DNA of 64,000 bases from Alphaproteobacteria bacterium (GCA_038131445.1 JAYPPL010000010.1:42683-106682); one strand, 5' to 3'. Numbered from the stretch's first letter, positions 9,207-19,479 are shown. Translations and numbers: made by a program. Notes: a model not told the origin generated them from the sequence alone.

Positions 9207-10409
9207 CTATTCGCTGTCGCGCCGCGCCGTGTGCACCAGCACCATGCCGACGCCGGCCAGTGCGCCGAGCAGTACCATGCACCATCCCAACGGCACCGCG
9301 TCGGCCGTTGGCAGGTTGCTCAGGGCAAACGAGACGATGGCCCCGGTCCCCAGCTGTGCGAAGCCGAGGAACGATGACGCGGACCCGGCAATCCGCGGAT
9401 CGATGCTGGTCGCGCCCGCAAGGGCGTTGGGGAATATGAAACCGTTGAAGAACCCGAAGACCATGAACGGCAGGACCAGCGCCACAAGGCCGGGGTCCCG
9501 GGCAACAAACAAAAGAGTGAGCGAAGGAGCTGTAATTCCGGCAATGGCGATCCAGAGAATTCGGTCTGTACCCAAGCGCCGGACCAGCCGGCTCGCGACC
9601 CAGGCACCGGCAACGAATTGCGTGGCGATCACCATGAGTGAGAGACTGAATTCGAGCGGCGGATGTCCGAGATTCTCAATGACAAGTGCGGGGCCGACCG
9701 CCAGGTAGCCGAAGTAGCCGGTTGTTCCGAAGGTGAAGGTCAGCGTGTAGCCGACATACAATCGCGACCGGAATAGGCGGGCGTAGCGCGTGAGGATTGT
9801 CGTCCAGCCGGTGACTTGCCCGCCTGTGACCGGTCGTGTTTCGTCCAGCCATATGGCTGCACCCAGCGCCATGCATCCGGCGAGAAGTGTCAGGAAACCA
9901 AAAATCCATCGCCAGCCGAGCAGGGCGTCGATACCTCCCCCGACGATCGGGCCGACTGAGGGTGCAACGGATTGCAGCATGGCGACAAAGGCCATCATGC
10001 GCGCGGCCTCGATCCCCCTATGGGTGTCCTGCACCACCGCCCGCGGCGTGATGAGAGCGGCGCAGCCGCCCGCGCCCTGGATCACGCGCGCGGTGATCAA
10101 AATCTCAATCGAAGGCGCGAGCGCCGCACCAATGCTGGCAAGCGCATAGACTAGGAGCCCGCCATAAAGGACCGGCTTTCGCCCGAAGCGGTCCGATAAA
10201 GGACCCACAATGAGTTGCGAGACAGCAAAGCTCATCAGGAACGCTGATACGACAAGCTGGGCTGCGCCATAAGGTGCGTCGAACGTCGCGGCGATATCCG
10301 GAACCGATTGTACCGGAATGCCGAGCGACAGCGGGCTGATGGCCGCGAGCAGACCGAGGAAAGCAATGGGGGGTATGCGCGGCGGCGTACCGGATTCGAA
10401 AACGGTCAT
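9207..10409 (-). CDS. MFS transporter, Bcr/CflA drug-resistance subfamily
   Basis: Start taken at ATG 10409 (MTVFESGTPPRIPPIAFLGLLAAISPLS...). The GPLSDRFGRKPV motif and 12-TM-like hydrophobic pattern are present. The track start at 10751 overlaps the upstream VOC gene. Confidence 0.85.
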   Translation of the reverse strand: MTVFESGTPPRIPPIAFLGLLAAISPLSLGIPVQSVPDIAATFDAPYGAAQLVVSAFLMSFAVSQLIVGPLSDRFGRKPVLYGGLLVYALASIGAALAPSIEILITARVIQGAGGCAALITPRAVVQDTHRGIEAARMMAFVAMLQSVAPSVGPIVGGGIDALLGWRWIFGFLTLLAGCMALGAAIWLDETRPVTGGQVTGWTTILTRYARLFRSRLYVGYTLTFTFGTTGYFGYLAVGPALVIENLGHPPLEFSLSLMVIATQFVAGAWVASRLVRRLGTDRILWIAIAGITAPSLTLLFVARDPGLVALVLPFMVFGFFNGFIFPNALAGATSIDPRIAGSASSFLGFAQLGTGAIVSFALSNLPTADAVPLGWCMVLLGALAGVGMVLVHTARRDSE

Positions 10410-10416
10410 GTACTGA

Positions 10417-10830
10417 TCAGTCTTCGAGCCAGTCCGAGAAGTATCGCGCGGCATCGCCTCGCAGCTTGTCGGGGTCGGCTTGGAAAAGTTCCAGTAACAC
10501 GCCGTCGGGCGCCGGGCACATGATGTACTTCCATGCGCCGAAATCGCGGATGCCGCTGCGGAAGGCAACCCCCTTTTCACGCAGCCGAGCCTCCAGCGAT
10601 TCCAGATCGTCCGTCCGGATGCCCAAGTGGTGCACCGCGCCGCCGGTATCGCCGCGCGGGGGCTGGTCATAAAGGTGCAGGCGTCCCGAACCGACCCGCA
10701 TGAAGACATTTCGGGCCCCGCCGAAATCGCCGTCAAACGCGACCTCGGCACCCATCATTTCGCACCACCAGGCGATAGTTCCGTCGATATCGGAGCAAAA
10801 CAGGTGAACGTGGTGGACGTGTTCAGACAT
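10417..10830 (-). CDS. VOC (glyoxalase/bleomycin resistance/dioxygenase) family protein
   Basis: 137 aa. HHVHLFCSDIDGTIAWW...HHLGIRTDDLESL...LLELFQ is typical of VOC paired beta-alpha-beta-beta-beta modules. Confidence 0.8.
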   Translation of the reverse strand: MSEHVHHVHLFCSDIDGTIAWWCEMMGAEVAFDGDFGGARNVFMRVGSGRLHLYDQPPRGDTGGAVHHLGIRTDDLESLEARLREKGVAFRSGIRDFGAWKYIMCPAPDGVLLELFQADPDKLRGDAARYFSDWLED

Positions 10831-10898
10831 GTGATTCGTGGCAGGTTATCGGAGCGTATTATCACGGGTGCGCAAACAGGACTTACCGGGGAGCCGTC

Positions 10899-11786
10899 AT
10901 GACCGCAATCGACCCGAATATGCGTTACGAGAAAAAATTCGTCGAGGTGAACGGCCTGCGCATGGCTTGCGTCGATGAAGGCGAGGGCGATCCCATCGTT
11001 TTCGTCCACGGCAACGCCACCTCGTCCTACATGTGGCGCAACATCCTGCCGTATATGGAAGGCCTCGGCCGGCTGGTGGCGCTGGACAACATCGGCCAGG
11101 GCGATTCCGACAAGCTCCCGGACAGCGGGCCCGGCAGCTACATGATCCCAGAACATCAGGAGTACTTTGATGCCGCGCTGGAGGTGCTCGGCGTCAGCGA
11201 AAACGTTACCCTCGTGATGCATGACTGGGGCGGCACGCTGGGCCTGTCCTGGGCGATGCGCCACCCGGACGCGGTAAGGGCCTTCGCTCATTGCGAGATC
11301 GTGGCCGCGAACCACGAAAACTACAGCGACTATCACGATGGACACGGCGAGCGGCTCAAGGCGGCACGGGGCCCCGAGGGCGAGGCGCTGGTGCTAGAAG
11401 ATAATTTCTTCGTCGAGCGTGTTTTTACCGGTGGCGTAATGCGCACAATCGACGCGGAGACCATGGCGGAAATCCGCCGCCCCTTTGCGGCGCCAGGCGA
11501 GGCGCGGCGGCCCACACTGTCCTGGGTGCGCCAGATCCCTATCGAGGGCGAGCCCGTCTTTGTGGCGCAACTGACGGCACAACTATCCCGTTGGGCTGCA
11601 ACCACCGACTGCCCCAAGCTGTTTATCGAGGCCGACCCGGGCCAGATCATTCTGGAGGCCGACCGCAAGGTCTTCGCGACATGGCCGAACCATTCGAAGA
11701 TCACGGTGCGCGGCCTGCACCACCCGCAGGAGGATTCACCGGACGATATTGGTAAGGCGCTTGCCGGCTGGTACGGGGCGCTGTAA
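10899..11786 (+). CDS. haloalkane dehalogenase family alpha/beta hydrolase
   Basis: 295 aa. HGNATSSYMWRNILPY and LVMHDWGGTLG (Asp nucleophile) motifs match DhaA/Renilla-luciferase-type HLD-II enzymes. Confidence 0.85.
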   Translation: MTAIDPNMRYEKKFVEVNGLRMACVDEGEGDPIVFVHGNATSSYMWRNILPYMEGLGRLVALDNIGQGDSDKLPDSGPGSYMIPEHQEYFDAALEVLGVSENVTLVMHDWGGTLGLSWAMRHPDAVRAFAHCEIVAANHENYSDYHDGHGERLKAARGPEGEALVLEDNFFVERVFTGGVMRTIDAETMAEIRRPFAAPGEARRPTLSWVRQIPIEGEPVFVAQLTAQLSRWAATTDCPKLFIEADPGQIILEADRKVFATWPNHSKITVRGLHHPQEDSPDDIGKALAGWYGAL

Positions 11787-11824
11787 TCGAACAGCACAAC
11801 AACACAAACGGGGGAAAGCGCGTC

Positions 11825-12730
11825 ATGGATTACGAAAAGGTCTGGGACGAGGTCGAGTTCTATTCGAACGGCAACAAGACGGCCGCTTACCTCTACCGCC
11901 CGAAGGACTGGAAGCCCGGCGACCCGCCGCGCCCCGGCATCTGCGTGCTTCACGGCTACACCGGCATGAAGGACGTCTATGGCATGGACGTTCCCCAGTG
12001 GCTCTGGGAGAACGGCTACTTCGTCCTATCTCACGACTACCCCGGCTTCGGTGTGTCCGAGGGTGAGCGCGGCCGGCACCGCCCTCTGGAACAGGCCCAG
12101 AGCGTTTATGACGCGGTGACCTATCTGCAGACTGTCGATGGCGTTGATCCCGAGCGTATCGCCTATTACGGCTCCAGTTATGGCGGTGCTCACGCCATTT
12201 GGTGCGCGGCCTTCGATGAGCGCGTGAAGGTCGTCGTCTCCGCCGTGATGGTGGCCGACGGCGAGCGCTGGATGAAATCCGTGCGCCGCCCGCACGAATG
12301 GCAGGAGTTCAAGGCGAAGGTCGAGGAAGCCGAACGCAAGCGCGTCCTGACCGGTGAAAAGACGACGATCCCACTGCCGGAGATCATGCTGACCGACCCG
12401 CACACCCAGATGGTGATCGAGCAGTTCCACGCGAAGAGCGGGCGCTACAACCCGGAATACGATCTGGAAAGCGCCATGGCGAACATGCGCTATAAGCCCG
12501 AATGGGTGGCGCACAGGATCTCGCCGCGGCCGGTGCTGATGGTCTATGCCGAGAACGACAACCTGGTGCCGCCGGACGAGCAGCTTTCGTGTTATGAAGC
12601 GTTGGGCGAGCCAAAGAAGCTGGTGAAGCTTCCGGGAATCCAGCACTACGAATCCTATCAGTTCTGTAACGCTGACGCGCACGCGATCCAGAAGGAAGCG
12701 GCGCTGGCGTGGTACGCCAAGTACCTCTAG
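11825..12730 (+). CDS. alpha/beta hydrolase (dienelactone-hydrolase-like)
   Basis: 301 aa. GSSYGG nucleophile elbow, and the same strand as the dehalogenase, 39 nt downstream. Confidence 0.75.
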   Translation: MDYEKVWDEVEFYSNGNKTAAYLYRPKDWKPGDPPRPGICVLHGYTGMKDVYGMDVPQWLWENGYFVLSHDYPGFGVSEGERGRHRPLEQAQSVYDAVTYLQTVDGVDPERIAYYGSSYGGAHAIWCAAFDERVKVVVSAVMVADGERWMKSVRRPHEWQEFKAKVEEAERKRVLTGEKTTIPLPEIMLTDPHTQMVIEQFHAKSGRYNPEYDLESAMANMRYKPEWVAHRISPRPVLMVYAENDNLVPPDEQLSCYEALGEPKKLVKLPGIQHYESYQFCNADAHAIQKEAALAWYAKYL

Positions 12731-12758
12731 GTCCAACCCCCAGCCAGTCCGAGCGACG

Positions 12759-14810
12759 ATGAAGAACCTCTGGTCCGACCGTGAAGCCCGCGCCTGCGTG
12801 CGTCGATATGCCAAGGATGGCGTTAACCGCGATGTGGCGCTGCGGGTCTATACGACCCGCCTGCTGGGCGGTGATCCTCGGCTTGTTCTGCATGGCGGCG
12901 GCAATTCCTCGGTCAAGACGGTCGTGCGTGACCTAACTGGCGAGGACATTCAGGTCCTATGCGTAAAGGGTAGCGGCTGGGATATGGGCGACATCGAGCC
13001 GCCGGGATTGCCGGCCGTGCGGCTACAGCAGCTCTGCGAACTGGAAGCACTCGACGGGCTCAGCGACGAGGACATGGTCAACGCGCTACGGCGTAACCTG
13101 CTGGATTCGAAGGCGCCGAACCCGTCGGTCGAGACTCTGCTCCACGCCTTCCTACCCCACACGTTCGTGGACCACACCCATTCTACAGCGGTGCTGGCGC
13201 TGACCGACCAGCCTGACGGCGCGAAGCTGTGCCGCGAGGTCTATGGCAAGCGCGTCGCGCTGGTCCCATACATTATGCCCGGTTTCGCGCTGGCTAAGGC
13301 TTGCGCCAAGGTGTGGCGGGAGAACCCGGACATCGAAGGCCTGATCCTTCTCAAGCACGGTATCTTCACCTTCGGAGAGACTGCCAAGGAAGCCTATGGC
13401 CGGATGATCGATCTGGTCACGGTTGCCGAGCGGTATCTGAAATCAGCGCGCAAAGACAAATACCTGGCTCCGGCCGTTGCCGGGAAGGGTCGCCAGCCGC
13501 GCGTTGCGGATATTGCGCCGCATCTGCGTGGCTTGCTCGCGTTCGGTCCGTCGGATGCGCCGACGCGGTTCGTCACCACCTTCCGCACGGATGCGGCCAT
13601 CCGGCGATTCGTGGATGGGGCGGAACTCAGCCGCTACAGTCAGCAGGGGACGGTCACGCCCGATCACGCGATCCGCATCAAGCCGAAACCGGTCATCCTT
13701 CCGCGCCCGGAAGCCGGCAAGCTCGATGCGTTCTTCGAGGGCGCGAAGAAGGCGATTACGCGCTACGAGGATGATTACAGGGACTATTTCGCGCGCAATA
13801 ACGTGAACCAGAAAGACCCCAAAACCCAGCTCGATTTGGTGCCTCGCGTCCTGTTGGTGCCCGGCCTGGGGTTTTTCGCTGTTGGCAACTCAGCCAGGGC
13901 CGCCGATATCGCGGCGGATGTTTATGAGAACAATGTTGAGGTGATAACGGCGGCAGAAGGTATCGGCAAGTTCCGCTCGATTTCCGAGCCCGATACCTTC
14001 GAAATCGAATACTGGTCGCTGGAGCAGGCCAAGCTGGGCAGCGCGAAGGAGGCACCGCTGGCGCGCCAGGTCGCTGTTATTACCGGCGCAGGCGGCGCCA
14101 TCGGGCAGGCTACGGCCCGGGCCTTCCGGGCGGCAGGGGCCGAGGTCGTGCTGCTCGACCTTGATGAAGGTATGATCGCGCCGCTCGCGGACGAACTCGG
14201 CGGTCTGGCCGTGTCGTGCGATGTCACCTCGGACGCTGCCGTCGAGAGCGCATTTGCTGCGGCCGCAGGGCGTTTCGGCGGTGCTGATATTCTTGTCTCG
14301 AATGCCGGTGCGGCGTGGCAGGGCCGGATCGGCGAAGTGGACGACAAGGTCCTGCGCCAGAGTTTCGAGTTGAACTTCTTCGCGCACCAGCGCGTTGCCA
14401 AGGCTGCCGTGGCCATCATGCAGGCGCAGGGCACGGGCGGTTGTCTGCTGTTCAATGCCTCTAAGCAGGCGGTAAACCCCGGCAAGGATTTCGGGCCCTA
14501 CGGCCTGCCTAAGGCAGCGACACTCTTCCTGTCGCGGCAGTACGCACTGGACTATGGCGGGGAAGGCATCCGTTCTAATGCTGTCAACGCGGACCGAATC
14601 CGCTCGGGTCTTCTAACCGACGAGATGGTGGCCTCACGCTCGTCGGCGCGTGGGCTCAGCGAGGCCGACTATATGGCCGGCAATCTGCTGAAGCGCGAGG
14701 TGCGGGCCGAGGATGTGGCCAAGGCTTTTGTTGATCTGGCGATGTCCCATAAAACCACCGCGGCTGTGATGACGGTGGATGGCGGCAATATCGAGGCCGC
14801 GCTGCGCTAG
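12759..14810 (+). CDS. bifunctional class II aldolase / short-chain dehydrogenase
   Basis: 683 aa. N-terminal aldolase-like half, and a C-terminal SDR half with TGAGGAIG and the NASK...YGLPKAA catalytic region. The architecture resembles the rhamnulose-1-P aldolase/SDR fusion family. Confidence 0.85.
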   Translation: MKNLWSDREARACVRRYAKDGVNRDVALRVYTTRLLGGDPRLVLHGGGNSSVKTVVRDLTGEDIQVLCVKGSGWDMGDIEPPGLPAVRLQQLCELEALDGLSDEDMVNALRRNLLDSKAPNPSVETLLHAFLPHTFVDHTHSTAVLALTDQPDGAKLCREVYGKRVALVPYIMPGFALAKACAKVWRENPDIEGLILLKHGIFTFGETAKEAYGRMIDLVTVAERYLKSARKDKYLAPAVAGKGRQPRVADIAPHLRGLLAFGPSDAPTRFVTTFRTDAAIRRFVDGAELSRYSQQGTVTPDHAIRIKPKPVILPRPEAGKLDAFFEGAKKAITRYEDDYRDYFARNNVNQKDPKTQLDLVPRVLLVPGLGFFAVGNSARAADIAADVYENNVEVITAAEGIGKFRSISEPDTFEIEYWSLEQAKLGSAKEAPLARQVAVITGAGGAIGQATARAFRAAGAEVVLLDLDEGMIAPLADELGGLAVSCDVTSDAAVESAFAAAAGRFGGADILVSNAGAAWQGRIGEVDDKVLRQSFELNFFAHQRVAKAAVAIMQAQGTGGCLLFNASKQAVNPGKDFGPYGLPKAATLFLSRQYALDYGGEGIRSNAVNADRIRSGLLTDEMVASRSSARGLSEADYMAGNLLKREVRAEDVAKAFVDLAMSHKTTAAVMTVDGGNIEAALR

Positions 14811-15095
14811 GCGCTCAGGCGGAGAGGTTGCGGGCGGTAGTGCGAAGTTGGCGAGATCGCTGTTGCCAGTCTCCTCGCCCATGGCGGTGACCCCAGCCGT
14901 GGTGAGCGTGTGAAGCGCCGGTGGGACCGGCGACTGAACATTGCATAGACCGTCGGGCCTTTGGGAGATGCCGACAGTGCAACCAAATTTTTGGCACACA
15001 TTCCTCTCACAATGAACCATCCGCTATCCTTCCACAGTAACGGCAGGAGCCGGTTCTGCTACCTTTAGGACCGGTCAAATGCGGGAGTGGAGTAG

Positions 15096-16091
15096 ATGCC
15101 GAGGATTGTGCAGTTTCCGGAGTATGGCGGCCCGGAGGTTCTGGAAGTCGTCGAACGCGACGTGCAGGAGCCGGGGCCTGGTGAGATCCGGGTTCGGACA
15201 GGAGCTATCGGGGTCGGTGTGCCGGATATGCTCATGCGTTCGGGCAACTACGCGTGGATCCCGCCGCTGCCGGTGATACCCGGCAATGAACTGGCGGGCG
15301 TTGTGGATGCGGTCGGCGCAGGTGTCTCGCAGCCCAAGACCGGAACGCGGGTCTATGTGAACGCCCGCGAGCTGTCCCAGCGCGGCGGCTGTTATGCCGA
15401 CGAGATCGTGGTTCCGGCGGCGGCGGCGTTTGTATTGCCAGACACGGTGAGCGATGAACATGCCGTATCGCTCGGAAACTACCAGCTCTCCTGGCTGCTT
15501 CTGAACTATGCCGTAAAACCCGAGCCTGGTGATCGCGCTCTCGTGCATGCAGCCGCCGGCGGTGTCGGCGCGGCTCTGGTTCAGATGGCGAAGGCGAAGG
15601 GGCTGGAGGTGATCGGCATCGCCGGATCGGCGGAAAAGATTGCCTATGTCTCGAACCTCGGTGCGGACCATGTGATCGACCGGAGCGGGGAGGTGATCGT
15701 GGAAAGGGTCGCGGAACTGACCGGTGGTGCCGGCGTCGATGTGATCTACGATTCGGTTAGCGGCCCGATGTTCGGGGAAGCGTTCGACATGCTGGCCCCG
15801 ATGGGGACAACCGTGCTGTTCGGCTATCTCGGCGGTAAACCACCGGCGGAAGCGTTCCCGCCGGTGTTCGAGAAAATGGGGAAGTCGATGGCGATCCGTG
15901 TCTTCTCGATCCATGTTGTGGACGACAAGCCGGATATCCGTCGTCACGCGATGGAGCAGGCTATCGCGGCGATGGCGTCGGGCGATGCCTCGCCCCATGT
16001 CCACACGGTGATGAAACTGGCCGACGCTGCGGACGCGCACCGTTTGCTGGAAACCGGGACCGTGACCGGCAAGGTGGTGCTGGTTCCGTGA
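15096..16091 (+). CDS. zinc-type/MDR NADPH:quinone oxidoreductase
   Basis: 331 aa. GPEVLEVVE...PGPGEIRVR...IPGNELAGVV...AAAGGVGAALVQMAKAKG (zeta-crystallin-like). Confidence 0.85.
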   Translation: MPRIVQFPEYGGPEVLEVVERDVQEPGPGEIRVRTGAIGVGVPDMLMRSGNYAWIPPLPVIPGNELAGVVDAVGAGVSQPKTGTRVYVNARELSQRGGCYADEIVVPAAAAFVLPDTVSDEHAVSLGNYQLSWLLLNYAVKPEPGDRALVHAAAGGVGAALVQMAKAKGLEVIGIAGSAEKIAYVSNLGADHVIDRSGEVIVERVAELTGGAGVDVIYDSVSGPMFGEAFDMLAPMGTTVLFGYLGGKPPAEAFPPVFEKMGKSMAIRVFSIHVVDDKPDIRRHAMEQAIAAMASGDASPHVHTVMKLADAADAHRLLETGTVTGKVVLVP

Positions 16092-16124
16092 CCGGACGAG
16101 CCGGATCTTGTGGGAAGGAATACG

Positions 16125-17111
16125 ATGAGCGACAACTCACTGAACACCGCTCCTGAACGGCGGGTCCGAAGTAACGACCGCCTGCCCGTGCTGGACCTCG
16201 AGGCTTATCTGGCCGGATCGCCCGGCGCGGAAGTGGCGCTCGCGGCGCAACTGCGAGAGGCATGCGCGGACATCGGGTTTTTCTTCGTGACCGGCCACGG
16301 TATCGACCCGGCGCTAGTCGCCGAGTGCTTCGAGCAGTCTCGGCGTTTCTTCGGCCTTCCTTTGGACAGAAAGCTCCAATGCGCCATGAACGAGAGCCAG
16401 TCCGGCTATCAGCCGCTGCGCGCGTCCGTGTACCAGGACAATCTGAGCCGTGAGAACCGCAAGGCCAGCATCAGCGAGGCCTACAAGTATACCTTTGATC
16501 TGGCGACGGACGATCCGGACTTTGGGTCCGGACGGCGCTTTCGGGACCAGCCCAACTGGCCGGAGGGAATGCCGGGTTTCCGGGAGTTCTGTCAGCGTTA
16601 CATCCGCACGTTCGACGATCTGGCGAACACGCTGCTCGCGCCTCTGTCTCTGTCGCTCGACCTGCCGCGAAATTTTTTTACCGGCGCCTTCGACCGTTCG
16701 ACGTCAGCGGTGCGCCTTGCCCACTATCCGCAGGTGCCGTCGGAAGAGCGCGTCGGAAACATGGGGTCGTTCCCGCATCAGGATCTTTCGTTCCTGACGC
16801 TCATCCCGCCGAGCGATGTTCCGGGGCTCGATGTTCTGCTGCCGGGTGGCGAATGGCTGGAGGTGCCGCGTGTCGAGGGCGCGATCCTCGTGAACACGGG
16901 TATTGCACTCGAGCGATGGACCGCGGGCCGTTACCGCGCGACACCGCACCGCGTGCGCGTTCCGGAGGACACGGACCGGTACTCCAACATCTTCTTCTAT
17001 TACCCGAATCTCGAGGCGCGCATCGAAGACCAAACGACCTTCGAGGACATGCACGTCGCCTATTGTGATCGGAATTTCCAGTACGTGAATGCCATCGCGA
17101 GCGCATCCTGA
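16125..17111 (+). CDS. 2-oxoglutarate/Fe(II)-dependent oxygenase (isopenicillin N synthase family)
   Basis: HxD...H facial triad context (FPHQDLSFLTLI ... ATPHRV). ATG 16125 with a GGAAGG RBS is preferred over the track start at 16110. Confidence 0.8.
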   Translation: MSDNSLNTAPERRVRSNDRLPVLDLEAYLAGSPGAEVALAAQLREACADIGFFFVTGHGIDPALVAECFEQSRRFFGLPLDRKLQCAMNESQSGYQPLRASVYQDNLSRENRKASISEAYKYTFDLATDDPDFGSGRRFRDQPNWPEGMPGFREFCQRYIRTFDDLANTLLAPLSLSLDLPRNFFTGAFDRSTSAVRLAHYPQVPSEERVGNMGSFPHQDLSFLTLIPPSDVPGLDVLLPGGEWLEVPRVEGAILVNTGIALERWTAGRYRATPHRVRVPEDTDRYSNIFFYYPNLEARIEDQTTFEDMHVAYCDRNFQYVNAIASAS

Positions 17112-17218
17112 GACAGCGATGCGTGGCTGCTTTGAGCGCCGATAGCGCGGTGCTAGTTTGAGCGCAAGATACGCGGCGGCCAGGGCCCGCACGCGAAAAC
17201 GGGGGAGAGGATAAGCCA

Positions 17219-18886
17219 GTGAGAACCGGTGGTCAGATTTTGGTCGATACCCTGCGCCTGCACGGTGTCGATACGGTGTTCGTCGTTCCCGGCGAGAGCT
17301 TTCTGGGCGCGCTTGACGCGCTTTATGACGCCCGCGACACGATCCGGGTTATCACCTGCCGCCATGAAAGCGGTGCGACCTATGCGGCCGAGGCCTACGG
17401 TAAGCTGACAGGTAAGCCCGGCGTGGCCTTTGTCACGCGCGGTCCCGGCGCCTGCAACGCCTGCATCGGGGTCCACACTGCGCTGCAGGACTCATCCCCG
17501 ATGATCCTGTTCGTCGGCCAGGTGCCTCGTGATTTCAAGGGACGCGAGGCGTTTCAGGAAGTCGATTTCCCGGCCATGTTCGGTCCGCTCGCCAAATGGG
17601 CGACGGAGGTAGACGATCCGGCGCGCATGGCCGAAATCACTGCGCGTGCCTTTGCCACGGCTGCCGGTGGCCGCCCGGGTCCGGTGGTGATCTCCCTGCC
17701 CGAGGACATGCTGGTAGAGCAGGTCGAGGCCGGTGACGTTTCCGTTGCTGCCTATCCGGCGCCGGAAGCTTCGGAAGCCGACCTTGCGCGGGTGCGTGAT
17801 ATGCTGTCTGCGGCCTCGAAGCCGCTGGTGATCTTCGGGGGCGGAAGCTGGAATGCGCAGGCTGTGGCCGACCTGGAAGCCTTCTGCGAGGCGAATGACC
17901 TGCCCGCCGTGGCGTCGTTCCGCACCCAGGATATCTTCAACAACGACCATCCGAATTTCATCGGTGAGCTGGGCTACAACACGAACCCCAAGCTGGCGCA
18001 GCGCGTGAAGGATGCCGACCTGCTGCTGACCATCGGCGCACGGCTCGGTGAGACGGCGACCCAGGCCTACACGCTGGTCAAGGCGCCGAAGCCGGATCAG
18101 ACGCTGATCCACGTTTATCCCGACCATTCTGAACTGGGCCGCGTGTTCCAGGCCGATCTTCCGATTGCCTCGAACCTGGGGGCATTCCTGGCCGGCGCCC
18201 GCCGCCATGTGCAGGTCGATGCGGGCAAGTGGGCCACCTGGCGGGCTGAGGGAAGGGCGGACTTCGACGCCTGGACCGAGCCGACCGACGTTCCAGGGCC
18301 GCTAAACCTCGCCCAGCTCTTCGTGCAGTTGCGCGAGATCCTGCCCGACGATGCCATCATCACGACGGATGCGGGCAACTTCGGCGGCTGGAGCAGCCGC
18401 TTCTACAAGTTCCGCAAGTACCGCACCCTGCTGGGGCCGGCCAACGGCTCTATGGGCTATGGCATGCCCGCCGCGCTAGCGGCCAAGGCGGTGCGCCCGG
18501 ACCTCCCGGTGATCTGCTACGCGGGCGATGGGGGCATCCTGATGACAGGCAATGAACTTGCGACGGCCGTGCAGCATGACCTGCCGATTGTCCTGATGAT
18601 CGCCAACAACGGGATGTTCGGCACGATCCGCATGCATGAGGAGCGTGAGTATCCAGGCCGTGAGATCGCAACAGAACTACGCAATCCCGATTTTGTGGCC
18701 TGGGCGGAAGCCTTCGGCGCCCATGGCGAGTGCGTCACCACGACCGAGGAATTCGCCCCGGCGATGGAGCGCGCGCTGGCGGCGGGACGCCCGGCGGTCA
18801 TCGAGCTCAAGGTCGATCAGGAACTGATCTCGTCGAATTTCACCCTGAGCCAGCTTCGCGAACGAGTGCGGAGGGCGGCCGAGTAG
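17219..18886 (+). CDS. thiamine diphosphate-binding enzyme (acetolactate synthase-like)
   Basis: 555 aa, GTG start. N-terminal Pyr domain (FVVPGESFLGALDAL...RHESGATYAAEAYGKLTG) and a C-terminal GDGG...NN ThDP motif. Confidence 0.85.
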   Translation: MRTGGQILVDTLRLHGVDTVFVVPGESFLGALDALYDARDTIRVITCRHESGATYAAEAYGKLTGKPGVAFVTRGPGACNACIGVHTALQDSSPMILFVGQVPRDFKGREAFQEVDFPAMFGPLAKWATEVDDPARMAEITARAFATAAGGRPGPVVISLPEDMLVEQVEAGDVSVAAYPAPEASEADLARVRDMLSAASKPLVIFGGGSWNAQAVADLEAFCEANDLPAVASFRTQDIFNNDHPNFIGELGYNTNPKLAQRVKDADLLLTIGARLGETATQAYTLVKAPKPDQTLIHVYPDHSELGRVFQADLPIASNLGAFLAGARRHVQVDAGKWATWRAEGRADFDAWTEPTDVPGPLNLAQLFVQLREILPDDAIITTDAGNFGGWSSRFYKFRKYRTLLGPANGSMGYGMPAALAAKAVRPDLPVICYAGDGGILMTGNELATAVQHDLPIVLMIANNGMFGTIRMHEEREYPGREIATELRNPDFVAWAEAFGAHGECVTTTEEFAPAMERALAAGRPAVIELKVDQELISSNFTLSQLRERVRRAAE

Positions 18887-18894
18887 TTCCTCAC

Positions 18895-19467
18895 ATGGTA
18901 TCCGATGGACGGCGTGCGCTGTTCCTGGATCGGGACGGCGTCATCAACATCGACAGCGGCTACATCTGGCGCCCGGAAGATTTCATCTTCAATGACGGTG
19001 TGTTCGATGCCTGCCGCAAGGCCCGGAATCTGGGCTACTTGCTGGTGGTGGTGACCAATCAGGCTGGGATCGGCCGCGGGCTTTTCTCAGAAAAGGACTT
19101 CCGGGCGCTGACCGAGTGGATGATCGGGCGCTTCGCCGAGGAAGCGATCGAAATCGCGCGGGTATATTTCGCTCCGACGCATCCGGAAGAGGGGATCGGC
19201 GTCTATCGCCGGGAATCGCCCGACCGCAAGCCGGGGCCCGGGATGCTGTTCAAGGCCCGGGACGAGTTCGGGATCGACATGAAGGCCTCCGCCATCATTG
19301 GGGACCGCGAAACCGATATCCTAGCCGGAATCAACGGCGGCGTTGGCCGGCGCATCCTGATCGAGGGCGCGGAGCCCGACACCTCGCAAACGCGAGCGGA
19401 TGTGGTGGTGAGCTCGCTCGCCGAGGGCGTAGACTGGTTGGTCCGACAGCGCGGCCGCCCGTCCTAG
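18895..19467 (+). CDS. HAD-IIIA phosphatase, D,D-heptose-1,7-bisphosphate phosphatase (GmhB)-like
   Basis: FLDRDGVIN (DxDG HAD motif I), VVVTNQAGIGRG, KPGPGM and GDRETDILAG. ATG 18895 lies 9 nt after the ThDP gene stop. Confidence 0.8.
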   Translation: MVSDGRRALFLDRDGVINIDSGYIWRPEDFIFNDGVFDACRKARNLGYLLVVVTNQAGIGRGLFSEKDFRALTEWMIGRFAEEAIEIARVYFAPTHPEEGIGVYRRESPDRKPGPGMLFKARDEFGIDMKASAIIGDRETDILAGINGGVGRRILIEGAEPDTSQTRADVVVSSLAEGVDWLVRQRGRPS

Positions 19468-19479
19468 ACTTTCATGTCG

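Noticed and set aside
14811-15095. Minus-strand ORF starting MVHCERNVCQKFGC... in the 286-nt gap before the quinone oxidoreductase
   Set aside because: It has no RBS, runs antisense into the SDR gene, and shows no motif. It is more likely promoter or leader DNA for the downstream operon.
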